Shown: positions 14,015 to 25,898 of the stretch, in pieces | Layout: each line of letters begins with the position of its first letter | Position numbering within the stretch: the first letter of the stretch is position 1 | NCBI GenBank assembly: GCA_951406725.2 | Contig: OX597820.1 | Span: forward strand, 11,780,001 to 11,844,000 | DNA from: Octopus vulgaris | Lineage: Eukaryota | Length of the DNA: 64,000 nucleotides | Direction: 5' to 3' | Position numbers and translations under genes: made by a program | The notes under the pieces: model-generated | Databases searched by the model: none | What the model was told of the DNA's origin: nothing | The model's input: the letters and a program-made list of their open reading frames with translations, nothing else

Positions 14015-14259
14015 TTCATATACAATATACTTAGTATTCGCTATATCTGTGAAAATAAACCCCGTGGATAAACTACAAGATGAGAATGAACTCGTATTTT
14101 CTTGGTTTGTCTTATTTCCAATCGTTCACCTAGTTTAAACTGTCAAGAAATATGGCTGGCAACTATTTGAGGTCATTTTATCATACGCTGAGGGAAAAAT
14201 ATGGCTACTTCTCTTGCTAAAGCGTTGACACAAAAAATACCGTTGAGGCTTTTGACAAC
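14015..14259 (+). repeat. Direct repeat copy 2
   Basis: See 13141-13385. Confidence 0.9.
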
Positions 14260-14356
14260 GTATTTCTGTTTCAACTGATTGTTTCTAACATATTTATAAT
14301 ACTTTCTAAGCCTACTAAATATAAGTAGTTCTAGAATATTTAAACATTTTTCTTAC

Positions 14357-14507
14357 CTTGTCGTTCTTTGTTGAATAGAAAACTAACATGTCGGCCAATG
14401 GAGTCGCAGTAGAGACTAGTATTTTTCAAACTCGCTTTTTTTTCTTCCCCGAATCGTATTTTAATCGGTAACATCTTTTCGTTTTGAAGTTCCAGACGAT
14501 TATTCAT
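14357..14507 (-). CDS. Candidate first coding exon of an unidentified minus-strand gene (MNNRLELQNEKMLPIKIRFGEEKKASLKNTSLYCDSIGRHVSFLFNKERQ)
   Basis: ATG at 14507, 50 open codons, consensus donor CAAG|GTAAGA; sits just downstream of a CpG-retaining motif cluster; no homology recognised. Confidence 0.35.
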
Positions 14508-14649
14508 ATTTTATCGATCTGTGAAGTTTTTTTTTATGTATTGGTGTAAATCGGACATTCTTGAGTGCCATTGATAAAAAAACAATGTTGACTTCGATTG
14601 ATAGAATAGCACTACTAAGTTAAGAGTGGTATTTTACGACCGAAGTATA

Positions 14650-14815
14650 GAACGTTCTAGCAACGCTAAGACCAACCGCTTTAGATAAAATTGCTCTCCA
14701 GATTAAGACATCTTTGCTCTAGAGATTACAACAAATCACTGCGGTCCAGTTTTGTTCTCAGCAACAAAAGAGGTTTCACTAGAACGACCAAATAAGGCGT
14801 TGCCGGAAGTAACAG
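14650..14815. promoter_or_regulatory. Candidate promoter with clustered RFX X-box-like motifs and an ETS site
   Basis: GTTGCCGGAAGTAAC (14799-14813) fits GTNRCC-N3-RGYAAC and contains CCGGAAGT; related GTTCTAGCAAC (14654) and GTTCTCAGCAAC (14754); unique sequence retaining CpG. Confidence 0.5.
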
Positions 14816-15245
14816 AAACAATCATTTAAGAGAAAACGAAAGTGAACATGTTTGTCTTAATACCTTTGTTTATTAATATTTTGTTTGTATTATTTAATTA
14901 CATAATTGTTTTATAATTGCATGTATTAATTAATAACAGTTATAATTTATTGCTAAAGTAATTATATTTGTTTTACAAACAAAATGAAAGCAACTCCACT
15001 CCCACCACAAATAAAAAAACAACAACAAAAGCTTACGAGAAGGAAGAAAAAGTCTTTATGCTCCTTAATGGTGAAAATAATATTTGCTACATTAGTAACA
15101 CGATTTTTATGTAACTGAATGAAAAACTGTAAATATTACTGAATATCTTTGTGTCAACAGATTATTACGACTTCATGAAATGTATAATGGTTTTGTCAGA
15201 TAAATTCGTTCGTGTTTTTCTTTAATTTCAGTAGTACTGTATCTT

Positions 15246-15633
15246 GTGGAGGCGCAATGGCCCAGTGGTTAGGGCAGCGGACTCGCGGTCGTAGGATCGC
15301 GGTTTCGATTCCCAGACCGGTCGTTGTGAGTGTTTATTGAGCGAAAACACCTAAAAGCTCCACGAGCCTCCGTCAGGGGATGGTGGTGATCCTTGCTGTA
15401 CTCTTTGACCACAACTTTCTCTCACTCTTATTTCCCGTTTCTGTTGTACCTGTATTTCAAAGGGCCGGCCTTGTCACTCTCTGTGTCATGCTGAATATCC
15501 TCGAGAACTACGTTAAGGGTACACGTGTCTGTGGAGTGCTCAGCCACTTACACGTTAATTTCACGAGCAGGCTGTTCCGTTGATCGGATCAACCGGAACC
15601 CTCGTCGTCGTAATCGACGGAGTGCTTCCACAC
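15246..15633 (+). mobile_element. tRNA-derived SINE family E (tail type 1) with 13-bp TSD
   Basis: TGGCCCAGTGG A-box, GTTTCGATTCC B-box; TSD agtactgtatctt at 15233-15245 and 15634-15646. Confidence 0.92.
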
Positions 15634-16199
15634 AGTACTGTATCTTCTGTTTAGTATTCACTCGATAGCCGTTTATCTGGAAAGATTTAAACTGTATTAA
15701 AATTTCAAAGAAAATAAGCGAAAGTAGCAGAGCTTAAAAAAGATTAAAATTAAATACAAGAATATTTTTCGTGTAAATTCAAATGACATCGGTAAAATAA
15801 ATAGAGGGAGTGGAGAAAAAAGCTGAAAGTGCAATACCTTTGAAATGTTTGTGGTGATTAAATGCTACTAGGAAGATATCGATATGGGTGGCATTCGTAG
15901 TTGTCTATTTGCATTTCGTTACTACGAATATTGTTAGTAGCTTTTTAAATGAGGGCAAATGCGGGGAAAAAACATTTTATTAGAAAATGAAACACCTGCA
16001 TATGTATATTTACGTAATATTCATACGTATATTTTATAGACGTGTTGATTAATGCCCATTATATAACTGAGAATATTATGAAACAACCGTAAACGAATGG
16101 AATAAACATCTATTCACTCACCTCACTTTTCATACATATATGTACACACACACATATATATACTTATACATACATATATTTACATACATACACGCATGC

Positions 16200-16230
<31 letters not shown>

Positions 16231-16240
16231 CATACATACA

Positions 16241-16296
<56 letters not shown>

Positions 16297-16298
<2 letters not shown>

Positions 16299-16642
16299 CA
16301 AAATAAGAAAATGGAGGAATAGATTCCTTTCAATCATCAACTTCCAGATAATACCAATTCATATAATTTATTAACTAATTAATTAAATAGGAACATCCAA
16401 ATCCAATGATATCTCATAGTGGGTTACACTCATAACCCCTATCTCACTTTGTACTTTTATGTATATATATATATATATATATAATAAAATACAAAATGGG
16501 ACAAGAACGCAAAACATCCGGACAACTAGGTGATACAAAAGGGGACAACAAAACATCCAGATAGACGATACAAAAAAACATGGACCGGTCATTCGAAGCT
16601 TTCTATCTTCAGTCAAGAACCGGATCATCCTCACAATTTCGG

Positions 16643-16645
<3 letters not shown>
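16297..16645. mobile_element. Two short (TA)n-embedded element fragments
   Basis: 16297-16460 shares aaataagaaaatggag and (inverted) gtgtaacccacta with 43033-43275; 16482-16645 resembles 18362-18520. Confidence 0.6.
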
Positions 16646-16701
<56 letters not shown>

Positions 16702-17024
16702 TATACATATATATACATATATACATTCATACATGCACATGCATACATAAATACACACATGCATTCTTACGTGCGTATCCTACTTAATGTGAATACATAG
16801 CAAAGCAAATTTACTGCAGTATTTATCCTGAAATAATATCTCTTATGGACGTGCTCTATTTAAAAACACTATATATATAGGAGGCAGCCTAATAGTATTC
16901 TGGCAACGGCCGGTGAGAATGCTAGATGCGCATATTTGTTTTGTTGGGCTTTGTCGGTAACGTGTACTCGCAACCAACTATATGCTAATACGAGATCTGT
17001 CGCCACAAACACAAGAAATATATA

Positions 17025-17404
17025 TCCTTATATATAAAAGAAAGGTTGTGTGTCTGTCTACTCCGATTTAGATTCCTAACTACTCCCACATTTTGCGGTG
17101 CAGTTTAACCAAAACCGAGTATCTTATAGTCGTGATTCATATCGAGCCTTTCTGGGTATTAGCGCGCGTCTACGATGAGTCTACGATTTTAAAAATAATT
17201 TACCATCATTTTTTTCCATTTTAATGCATATTTTTTTAAATAAAGGGAAGTAACTCTCTAAAAATGTCTACGATGAGTCAACGATTTAAAAAAATTACCA
17301 TAATTTTTTTTCCATTTTTAATACATTTTTTGGCTATAACTCTCTAAAAATGCTTTATAGTTATTTCCCTTACAAACCCGAGCAACGCCGGGCGATACTG
17401 CTAG
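17025..17404 (+). mobile_element. Non-autonomous Helitron, family H1
   Basis: A^TC start (TCCTTATATATAAAAG), 3' hairpin CCCGAGCAACGCCGGG then CTAG^T, no TSD; second copy at 58953. Confidence 0.92.
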
Positions 17405-17407
17405 TAT

Positions 17408-17798
17408 AATATATAAATTAGGAATGGAAACAAAAAACGATAAAATTTAATAATTAGATAATTTAATCATTAAATGATAAATTCAGTTCAATTTTGTTAT
17501 TTCTATACAAACAAATGGCAACTCTAGTTACAGCTGTTTCCTCATCATTAAATGACAGATTTTTTTTCCAAAAATAAAAAATATTTTAAAAACTCAATGA
17601 GGTTTCATCAGACAGACATACCTTTTTAATTTTTGGAAAAAATCCCCTGTTATTTAATGATTATGGAGACAGGTGTAACTAGAATTGTCATTTGTTTGTA
17701 TAGAAATAACAAAATTAAACTGAATTCATCATTTAATGATTAAATTATTTAATTATTAAATTTTATTATTTTTTTGTTTCCTTTTCTAATTTATATTA
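17408..17798. repeat. Fold-back element, arms about 170 bp, with hammerhead-like core on the minus strand
   Basis: 17408-17580 is an imperfect reverse complement of 17622-17798. Confidence 0.85.
17523..17615 (-). ncRNA. Putative type-I hammerhead ribozyme with long stem-II insert
   Basis: Minus strand: gtCUGAUGA-aac-CUCAU..long AU loop..AUGAG-GAAACAGCUGUA-ac; palindromic stem III ACAGCUGU. Confidence 0.5.
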
Positions 17799-17967
17799 AT
17801 ATTTTGATAAACTGATTGTTTATTCTTTACCTATCTGTTATATGCCTCATTTCATAGCAATGTTATTTATATAGGTAAATAACCAGTAAGTTCTTTGGAT
17901 ATTTAATATCACTTACCTGGATATTTAACACCTAACTTAATTATATATATATGTTGGTGTGTGTGTG

Positions 17968-18167
17968 TGTGACCGCGTGTGTATCGTTGGCGATTTTTTT
18001 CCTCCGTCTTCCCTTCCTTGGATCTTTCCTTTTCCTATATTTCTGACGAAGAGCTCCGCTCGAAACGTTAAATCCTCCTTCTTTCTTTCCTTTCCTGAGC
18101 GTCCAATAACGCTATACTTGTTCCACGTCCTTGCGTTGTTGTGTTTTCTCTTTGTTCATGATTGGAT

Positions 18168-18172
<5 letters not shown>
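17968..18172 (+). mobile_element. Penelope pseudo-LTR/retrozyme-like element, family G
   Basis: Copies at 25020 and 43396, each ending ttaac(TA)n; contains hammerhead core. Confidence 0.75.
18039..18073 (+). ncRNA. Minimal type-I hammerhead ribozyme
   Basis: AUUU-CUGACGA-A-GAGC(ucc)GCUC-GAAAC-GUU^AAAU: intact core, stem II, 4-bp stem I, palindromic AACGUU stem III. Confidence 0.75.
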
Positions 18173-18197
<25 letters not shown>

Positions 18198-18198
<1 letters not shown>

Positions 18199-18300
18199 GA
18201 CGGGCTTCTTTCAGTTTCCGTCTACCAAATACACTCACTTGCCTAAGTGTGACTGAATGTGGAACCATGTGGTTGGTAGGAAGCCTCTTACCACACAGCC
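18198..18300 (-). mobile_element. SINE-A head half, internally deleted
   Basis: gacgggcttctttcagtttccgtctacc...ttaccacacagcc. Confidence 0.75.
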
Positions 18301-18337
18301 AAGCCAGTGCGCTTCGAATTTTTGTTTTCTACAAACG

Positions 18338-18361
<24 letters not shown>

Positions 18362-18369
<8 letters not shown>

Positions 18370-18720
18370 CCCCCAAAATGGAACGCAACAGACGGCAATA
18401 AAATATCCGGACAGATAGACGATAGAAAGAGGGACAAGAAAACCAGGAAAAAGAACACGGACGAGTCATTCGCAGCCTTCTCTCATCAGTCAAGTTTCCT
18501 GATCGTCCTTACACTTTTGGCCGGTTACTCTTAAGACTGTTCAAATCTGGCTGGCGCCCAAAATATCTAAGCTATGCTAAGCGCATAAATTTTTTTTGAG
18601 AAAGCAAGTGAATGCGTACAACAAAGACAAAAAAAAAAAAACTCTGAAAATGTTACACAATTACAAATAAAACAAGAAAATAATAACAGGTGTCTTTCGA
18701 ACAATAAAGACGAATCAAGT
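18362..18720 (-). mobile_element. (TA)n-flanked unclassified element related to 16482-16645
   Basis: Shared atccggaca, gatagacgata, gtcattcg..tcagtcaag blocks; TA runs both sides. Confidence 0.6.
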
Positions 18721-18729
18721 ATATATATA

Positions 18730-18919
18730 GGCGCAGGAGTGGCTGTGTAGTAAGTAGGCATAGGAATGGCTGTGTGGTAAGTTGATTGCTTACCAACCAC
18801 ATGGTTCTGGGTTCACTCCCACAGCGTGGCACCTTGGGCAAGTGTCTTCTACTATAGCCTCGGGCCGACCAAAGCCTTGTGAATGGATTTGGTAGACGGA
18901 AACTGAAAGAAGCCCGTCG

Positions 18920-18951
<32 letters not shown>

Positions 18952-19155
18952 CGTGTCTATGTTTGTCCCCCCAACTTCACTTAACAACCAATGCTGGTGT
19001 GTTTACGTCCCCGTAATGTAGCGGTTCGGCGATAACCGGTATAATAAGTACTAGGCTTACAAAGAATAAGTCCTGTAGTCGATTTGATCGACTAAAGGCA
19101 GTACTCCAGCATGGCTGCAGTCAAATGTCTGAAACAAGTAAGAGAATAAAAGAGT
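18730..19155 (+). mobile_element. SINE-A with duplicated 5' end
   Basis: ggcgcaggagtggctgtgtagtaagta is followed by a second head start. Confidence 0.9.
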
Positions 19156-19993
19156 ATATATATATATAATCTGAAATGTTTATTCATGAAATTTTAGAAT
19201 TCAAATTTATAAACTTTCGAAAAATACGCTTCTCTAATTCACGTCCTAATCGATGTTGATTGGAGTTATCTGACGATGAAGTTATTTGGATCACTGCCGA
19301 AATTTCTTGATGGTTGTTGTACGTATTAGTAAGAGTACTATGTTTTAAACATAAGATCTACGTAAGATGATCGAGGTATGTTTGAACAGATCAGCCTGGA
19401 TAAGGGGATGAGTGTGATATATACTCCACAAAGTTGCTCTCTCTTTCTCTGTTACGTAACTCTAGTTTGTCAGAGACGGGCAAAATTCGTCACACTGGAC
19501 ACTCGGAACATAAAGTGCCGGAATAAATACAGCAAAGGTATTATGCCGTCTAACACCGCGGAAGTGGATCGCACTTAAAGCGTTGAGCTGACCTCGGCGG
19601 ATTTTGAATTTTATTCTTACAATTACTCGATCACACGCATAGCAGGCGCTCCGCGATAACGACGACTCTGGTTCGACCTCACCGCGTGGCATTTTTACGT
19701 AAGTCTCACGTGGGCAGACGGAAGTTGTATTGAAGCCATAGAAACTCGTTGGGTGGTTATTACTTGCTATGTAATTCTAAAGTACACTCATTGTACCACG
19801 CTGATCCTGTTTGAGAATTTCGTTAAGAGTACACATGTCCTCGGATGTACCGAAAGATTGCCTTATTTGTATGTATGTGTGCATGCATGTATGTATGCGC
19901 GCATGTAAACACACATACGCACACATTCACAGACACACACATTGTCACTTCCTTATAGAAGAAGGCCATCTCTTCAATTTAATAAAGTTATGA

Positions 19994-20586
19994 AAGGCGA
20001 CGAGCTGGCAGAATCGTTAGCCTGCCGGAGGAAATGCGTAGCCGTATTTCGTCAGCCGTTACGTTCTGAGTTCAAATTTCGCCAAGGTCGACTTTGCTTT
20101 TCATCCTTTCGGGGTCGATTAAATAAATATCAGTTACGCACTGGGGGTCGATATAATCGACTTAATCCATTTGTCTGTCCTTGTTTGTCCTCTCTGTGTT
20201 TATCCCCTTGTGGGTAGTAAAGAAATATGTATTTCGTCTGCTGCTACGTTCTGAGTTCAAATTCTGCTGAGATCGACTTTGCCTTTCATCCTTTCGGGGT
20301 CGATAAATTAAGTACCAGTGACGCACTGGGGTCGATATATTATCGACTTAATCCGTTTGTCTGTCCTTGTTTGTCCCCTCTGTGTTTAGCCCCTTGTGGG
20401 TAATAAAGAAATAGGTATTTCGTCTGCCGGTACGTTCTGAGTTCAAATTTCGCCGAGGTGGACTTTGCCTTTCATCCTTTCGGGGTCGATAAATTAAGTA
20501 CCAGTTGCGTACTGGAGTCGATCTAATCGACTGTCCCCCCACTCTCCCAAAATTTCGGGCCTTGTGCCTAGAGTAGAAAAGAATAA
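19994..20586 (+). mobile_element. SINE-C, one head plus three tandem units of about 185 bp
   Basis: A-box TGGCAGAATCG, B-box GAGTTCAAATT; units restart at tatttcgtc (20045, 20230, 20416); central gcctttcatcctttcggggtcgataaa domain. Confidence 0.92.
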
Positions 20587-20589
20587 ATA

Positions 20590-20892
20590 CTGTCATGAGA
20601 TCTTATATGACTAGCAAGTCCTGCTCTTGACAAACAAACTCTACTGCAGATCTTACAAATATCTTAAAGCAGAAAAGTATCTGAGATTGTAGTTAAGTCC
20701 CGTCTACGAAATACTCATTTCAAGACAGATTCTTCAATTCTTCGAGCTTCAAATGCTTTACATCTATTGGAGATCATTTGTTTCCAAACCGATCGATCTT
20801 GCGTCATCTGCTCCCAGTCTTCAACTTTCACATTAAGAGCCTTAAGGTTGCTTTTGACAGCATCCCTAAAACGTTTTAAGTTTATGTCTCGG
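20590..20892 (-). pseudogene. RTE-clade (BovB-like) LINE ORF C-terminal fragment
   Basis: KRFRDAVKSNLKALNVKVEDWEQMTQDRSVWKQ..FEARR, then in frame past two stops a C2H2 motif CKICSRVCLSRAGLASHIRSH typical of RTE ends. Confidence 0.85.
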
Positions 20893-20924
20893 ACATACAT
20901 ACATACATACATACATACATACAT

Positions 20925-20978
<54 letters not shown>

Positions 20979-21007
20979 ACATACACACATCATACATACA
21001 TACATAC

Positions 21008-21186
21008 ATCAATCGCTATGATAGATCGGTAGCCACCACACACATTTTTTCTCTCTCCTTGTTTTTTTCTGTGTCCCTTTCTGTAGAAGAGCGTAGGTTC
21101 GAAACCTAAAAGACTTTTTCTATTCCTGAGCGTTATACTAATACATCTGTTTGTTTTGTACTCCACCTGTCTTCGTAAACTCTCCA
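21008..21186 (+). mobile_element. Family-G-related element with degenerate hammerhead (21077-21112)
   Basis: CUUU-CUGUAGA-A-GAGC(guag)GUUC-GAAAC-CUA-AAAG; downstream tcctgagcgt shared with family G; embedded in CA/TACA repeats. Confidence 0.6.
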
Positions 21187-21193
21187 TACATAT

Positions 21194-21230
<37 letters not shown>

Positions 21231-21551
21231 TACATACATACATACAATCACACATTCACATGCACAATTTTTTTTAAACGAAAACAATTTGTGACACTTT
21301 TCCTGCTTACGCGGCACATTTACCCCTTTGGCATTCCTTCCTTCCAGCCACAATAAAAGTACTAAGCAGTGGCACATTTACTGTGGTGGGAATAAAGTTT
21401 TTAGCATATTTGAAAGGTGCGTGGCCTGGAGGTTAGCGTATTAGCTTCCCGATCATAAGATGATGGGTTCGAATTCTGCATTTTCCGTTGCTCTTGTCTT
21501 CTCGTCTCCTCACCTGTAACTGACCAGCCTTTTTGAGCATTACTACAAATG

Positions 21552-21767
21552 TGGATTAATTTTGATATTAACACCCGCACGATTTTCACTAAGGAAAAAA
21601 AAAATTACGGAAGACTAGCTAGAGTCACGTGGAGATGAAATGGTTGTACTTCGACCGGGAGCTCCAAGACTGGAATAGTTTAGCCCTTTTCCTCTAAGTT
21701 AAGACGATTACATATATATATATTCTTGGTAGTCTTCTGTGCGGGAGTTAATATCAAAATTTAACCA
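21552..21767. repeat. Imperfect fold-back
   Basis: tggattaattttgatattaacacccgcac pairs with gtgcgggagttaatatcaaaatttaacca. Confidence 0.7.
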
Positions 21768-21952
21768 AATGTGTGCCCTTCCTCTTCACTTTGTTTCCTC
21801 ATAACGTAAACTTCAGATGGTGTAAATTCTGATTATATCGTGTGTGTGTGTGTGTGTGAAAGTGGCGAATAATTATAGACAGAACTCCCCCTCCCCAAGT
21901 GTCTTTTCCATATAAACGTCGCCCGGGTGGGTGGGGGTTGCAGCATTCTATA

Positions 21953-22811
21953 CTAGTATGTCCTCCCACCCGACTTAGTTTTCTCATAACTTTCAGAAAA
22001 ATGAATATTTTTTCAAAGAAATTTTCTACAAATAAGCTTCAGATTCCGATTCTAACAGAATCTATGATTTTTTTTTTTGCAAGAGTAGGGGACATGACCT
22101 TCGGAAAATTCACACGAATCTGCGTTGTTTCCTCAACCTTCAGGAAAATAAGCAGTTTCTAAATGCAATTTTTCTACCAATACTTTTCAGCTGGTGTAGA
22201 ATTACGATTGTATCGGAATGTAATATGGGTGGTTTGGGGTGCGAATTATGGACTCGTATACATACACACTGACGCAGATCACATATCTGCAAAACGAAAT
22301 TTGAAATTTCGAAAATAAAATTGTAATGTGTGTCAATATGTGTGTGTGTGTGCTCACCTTTTTATCTATATTCGTCATTTATACACTCTGAAAGATAGTT
22401 GTACAAATTTAGAAAAAAACCCCCCTATTTTTTCCCAAAAAGTTATGCAGAAACGAAGACGATTCAGTTGAATTTTCGGAAAGGCATAACTTCGGTATAA
22501 GTACCGGAAGTACCGGATACATTTCAAGAAAGTGTTTTTTTTTATATATATGGGGGGGGGGGTTTAGGGTTTGTGTTAGGGGTGGGAGAAAAGGGTTTCT
22601 GTTATCTTCAGAAATGTAAACAAAGTCACGTGTGTACTTATACCGAAGGATCGCCTTCTTCGGAAACCCTACATTCCGACAAAAGTTTCGCAACAAATTC
22701 CGATATAACTGGAATCTACATCATCGAAATGTACTTGTAGAAAATTTCATTAAAAAGTATCCATTTTTCTTAAAGTTATGAGGAAACAAAATCGGGTGGG
22801 TGGCATCCTTG
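21953..22811. mobile_element. Non-autonomous TIR DNA transposon (about 860 bp, long imperfect TIRs)
   Basis: cccacccgacttagttttctcataactttcagaaaaatg..ttttctacaa mirrored at about 22725-22811; TA at left flank. Confidence 0.8.
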
Positions 22812-22974
22812 TGTGTCCAGACGGCCGCCTCCTCAAAACCGACGTCACTGGCTTTCAGACAGTCTTTGACCTCAGTGTTGCGGCCTGCAGACGGCATTCA
22901 TTCATTTAAGTGCGATTCAATTTTATTGTCAAATGTAGCGCATATTTGAAAAGACTATACAATGTATCATTCCA

Positions 22975-23384
22975 CTAGCAGTACAGCCCGGCGTTGCTCG
23001 GGTTTGTTTTCTCTTCGACCCTTTAGAATTGGAATTTTTGAAAAGTAATAATTTTGCATTATGTAGCTTGTTATTCTCTGTAAGTGAACATTTTTCTGGT
23101 TGAAATACACCGAAAAATAGCGACACAGCAGTCAAAAAAATCGTAAAAAATAGAGATTGTCAATAGGAAAAAAAGCACCTTTTTGACGTAAATAATTTTA
23201 CGTCTTAACATGGTCCGATTTGAATTTTATCTTCTACGGAATGAAGAGCAAGCCTTCTTCTATCATACTCTCAATTTTGGTCAACTTGCGCCGCAGGGTC
23301 TCGGAGGGGATAGTGTTAGTTGAAGGCTACCAAACCTGCCATAACACACAGACAACTTCAGCTTTATATATATATATATATAGA
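22975..23384 (-). mobile_element. Non-autonomous Helitron H2, flanked by a 41-bp direct duplication
   Basis: Minus strand TCTATATA... to hairpin plus CTAG; flanks 22934-22974 and 23385-23425. Confidence 0.92.
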
Positions 23385-23756
23385 TGTAGCGCATCTTTGA
23401 AAAGACTATACGATGTATCATTCCATGTTTGAGGCGGTAGGGAGTTCTTTGAGAGAAAATTAGTTGCTATTTCTAGCAGAACACAGGACCAAATAAAAGG
23501 CCTCCCCTTGTTGGTTAACATATTACGTTGTTGCAGATAGAGCTTCGTAAACAAAGGGAAGTAACTACAAGTGACTATGCTAAGCAAGACAGGTGAATCG
23601 AGGTTGTTTCGTTGAATGATGCCATGTGGCGCTCAGAGAGAAATGGGCGGGTACGCGTGGCAATGTTTGTGTGTGTGTAATGCGTGTGTGTGTGTTATGC
23701 TTACGTGTGTAATTGATGTAAGTGGCGTACATGGGTAGGATCTTACAATTGTGTGT

Positions 23757-23796
<40 letters not shown>

Positions 23797-24257
23797 CATC
23801 ACCACCACCACTACTACTACTAATACTACCATCATCACTACCACTGTTATTATCATTATTATTATTATTATTATTGTGTGTGTGTTTGTGTGAATTTTAG
23901 AAATTAGACGTATCTGGTTATACAAGGTTTTTCTGTTAAATGTGGGGAAGAAAAAAAAAAAAAAAAAAAATGTACTCTGCGACGTAGCATTCGGTCGAGT
24001 GTATGTGTGTGTGTGTGTGTGTGTCTGTGTGTGTGTGTGTCTGTGTGTTTAACGTATTGAAAAAAAACCAGCAAAAATCTTCGTCTATTCTATTCTCCTT
24101 TCATTCATTGCAGGGCAGTCGTGGTAGGCGACTGTTTCGAAGGGTTCTTATCGATCTCAGTACCTATTTTATTGAATATATTTGCCGAATCGCTATGTCT
24201 ACGAGTCAAATGTAATTAAACAACGTAAATACATACATGCACACACGCTAACCGTTA

Positions 24258-24780
24258 TTTTGTTTTAGTCATAAGACTGCTGCCATGCTGGGGCAACGCC
24301 GTGAAGGCTTCTAGTTGAATAAATTTGGTATTTATTCTATCGGACTCTTGCCGACACTAGCTTACGGGGACGTAAACAAAACAACACTGGTTGTCAAACT
24401 GTGGGGCACCGAGACATATGTATGTACAACGGCTTTTTCCAGTTTTTCGTGAACCAAATTCACTCACGAAGTATTTGTCAGTTCGAGGCAAAAATGGGAA
24501 ACATTTGCCCAAAGTGCACTAACGTAGTTAGAGTCTGTGCTGCCCGGGACGGACCTTTCCGTTTGCTGGCCCCGGGACCCCACAAAAACCACAAATCGCC
24601 TACAGCATTAGCCAACAACAGGAATGAAAAAGGGCCCTTTAAAAGTCCTACCCCTTTAAAAATGCTGCCGGGCGCGGAGCGTCCCTACTGCCCCCCACTC
24701 CAACTACGCTGAATCTGAGGTGCTGCGCAGTAGAACGGAACCTCCAACCACGTGGTTGCAAAATGAATTTCTTAAACCAC
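24258..24780 (-). mobile_element. Diverged SINE-A interrupted by a MITE
   Basis: SINE-A landmarks on either side of 24517-24714. Confidence 0.7.
24517..24714. mobile_element. hAT-like MITE
   Basis: Ends cgtagttagag / ctccaactacg; same family as 32729-32897; decayed 8-bp TSD. Confidence 0.6.
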
Positions 24781-24829
24781 GAACGTTCGTAGTTTCTTGT
24801 TTACCAAATGTCCAGGGTGATGTGATTAG

Positions 24830-25211
24830 ATTGCGGCCATACTGGGGCACCGGCTTGGAGAATTTTTACTCGATTGAATCGACCCCAGGGCTTATTTTTT
24901 AAAAAGCCCGTTACTTATTCTATCGGTCTCTTTTGCGGACCAGCTAAGTTACGTGGACGTAAACACACCAACATCCGTTGCCAAGCAGTGGTAGAGGCTA
25001 CACACAAACGAATGACCTCGTGTGTACCGTTGGCGATTTTTTTTCCTCTGTCTTCCCTTCTCTGGATCTTTCCTTCTCCTATGTTTCCGAGTAAGAGTTC
25101 CGCTCGAAACGTTAAACCCCCCTTCTTTCCTTCTTTCCTGAGCGTCCAATAATACTATATTTGTTCCACGTCCTCGCGTTGTTGTTTTTTTTTGTGTTTT
25201 CTTGTTTTGAT

Positions 25212-25256
<45 letters not shown>

Positions 25257-25418
25257 AAATTTTGGGTACATATATATACATGACGTACTTTCAGTTTCCG
25301 TCTACCAAATCTACTCATAAGGCTTTGGTCAGTACTTGCCCGAGGTGCCACGCAGAGGTATTGAACTCGGCACCCTGTGGTTGGGAAGCAAACTTCTTTC
25401 CACAAAGCCACGCCTGCG
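24830..25418 (-). mobile_element. Diverged SINE-A split by a family-G insertion
   Basis: 3' half 24830-25010, head half 25270-25418. Confidence 0.75.
25020..25215 (+). mobile_element. Family G copy, hammerhead core mutated
   Basis: Homologous to 17968-18172; ccgagtaagagttccgctcgaaacgtt. Confidence 0.8.
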
Positions 25419-25583
25419 TCTATGTTGAGAAACGTGTCTTATTTTGTGTGAGCGAAATTGTGGAGAATGGATCGGTATTTATGTGGGTGGAAGATAGACG
25501 AGTGATGAGTATGCATTATTTAAAGAATAACGAAAACATTGAGTGAGTATGTGTGTGCGAAACAGTAATTGCCACTGTGTGTT

Positions 25584-25623
<40 letters not shown>

Positions 25624-25898
25624 AGAAAGAGAGAGTGGGGGAGAAATAACAGAGATTAAGAAATAATAATAATAATTTCAGTTAATGTAAACATTAACCA
25701 TAATTTCTTTTATTAGCCACGAGGGGCCACCACGAGGACAGACAACAATGCGTAGGGGTCTACAGAAAGGACAGGGAGGAAAAAAAAAGGGAAAACTCTG
25801 GAATGTGATAAAAATACACGTATTTAATAAACAAGGATGATGCAATCGTCCTGGCAGAGGAAAACGCATCAACTAGGCCCAATCATGGAACCCCACAG

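Noticed and set aside
15246-15320. tRNA-like sequences (also 165, 5550, 21413, 35800, 40741, 57056)
   Set aside because: SINE heads with A/B boxes that continue into SINE bodies; no complete cloverleaf
19265-19312. CTGACGA...GCCGAAA possible hammerhead
   Set aside because: Stem II imperfect and stem I unconvincing; at best a decayed relic
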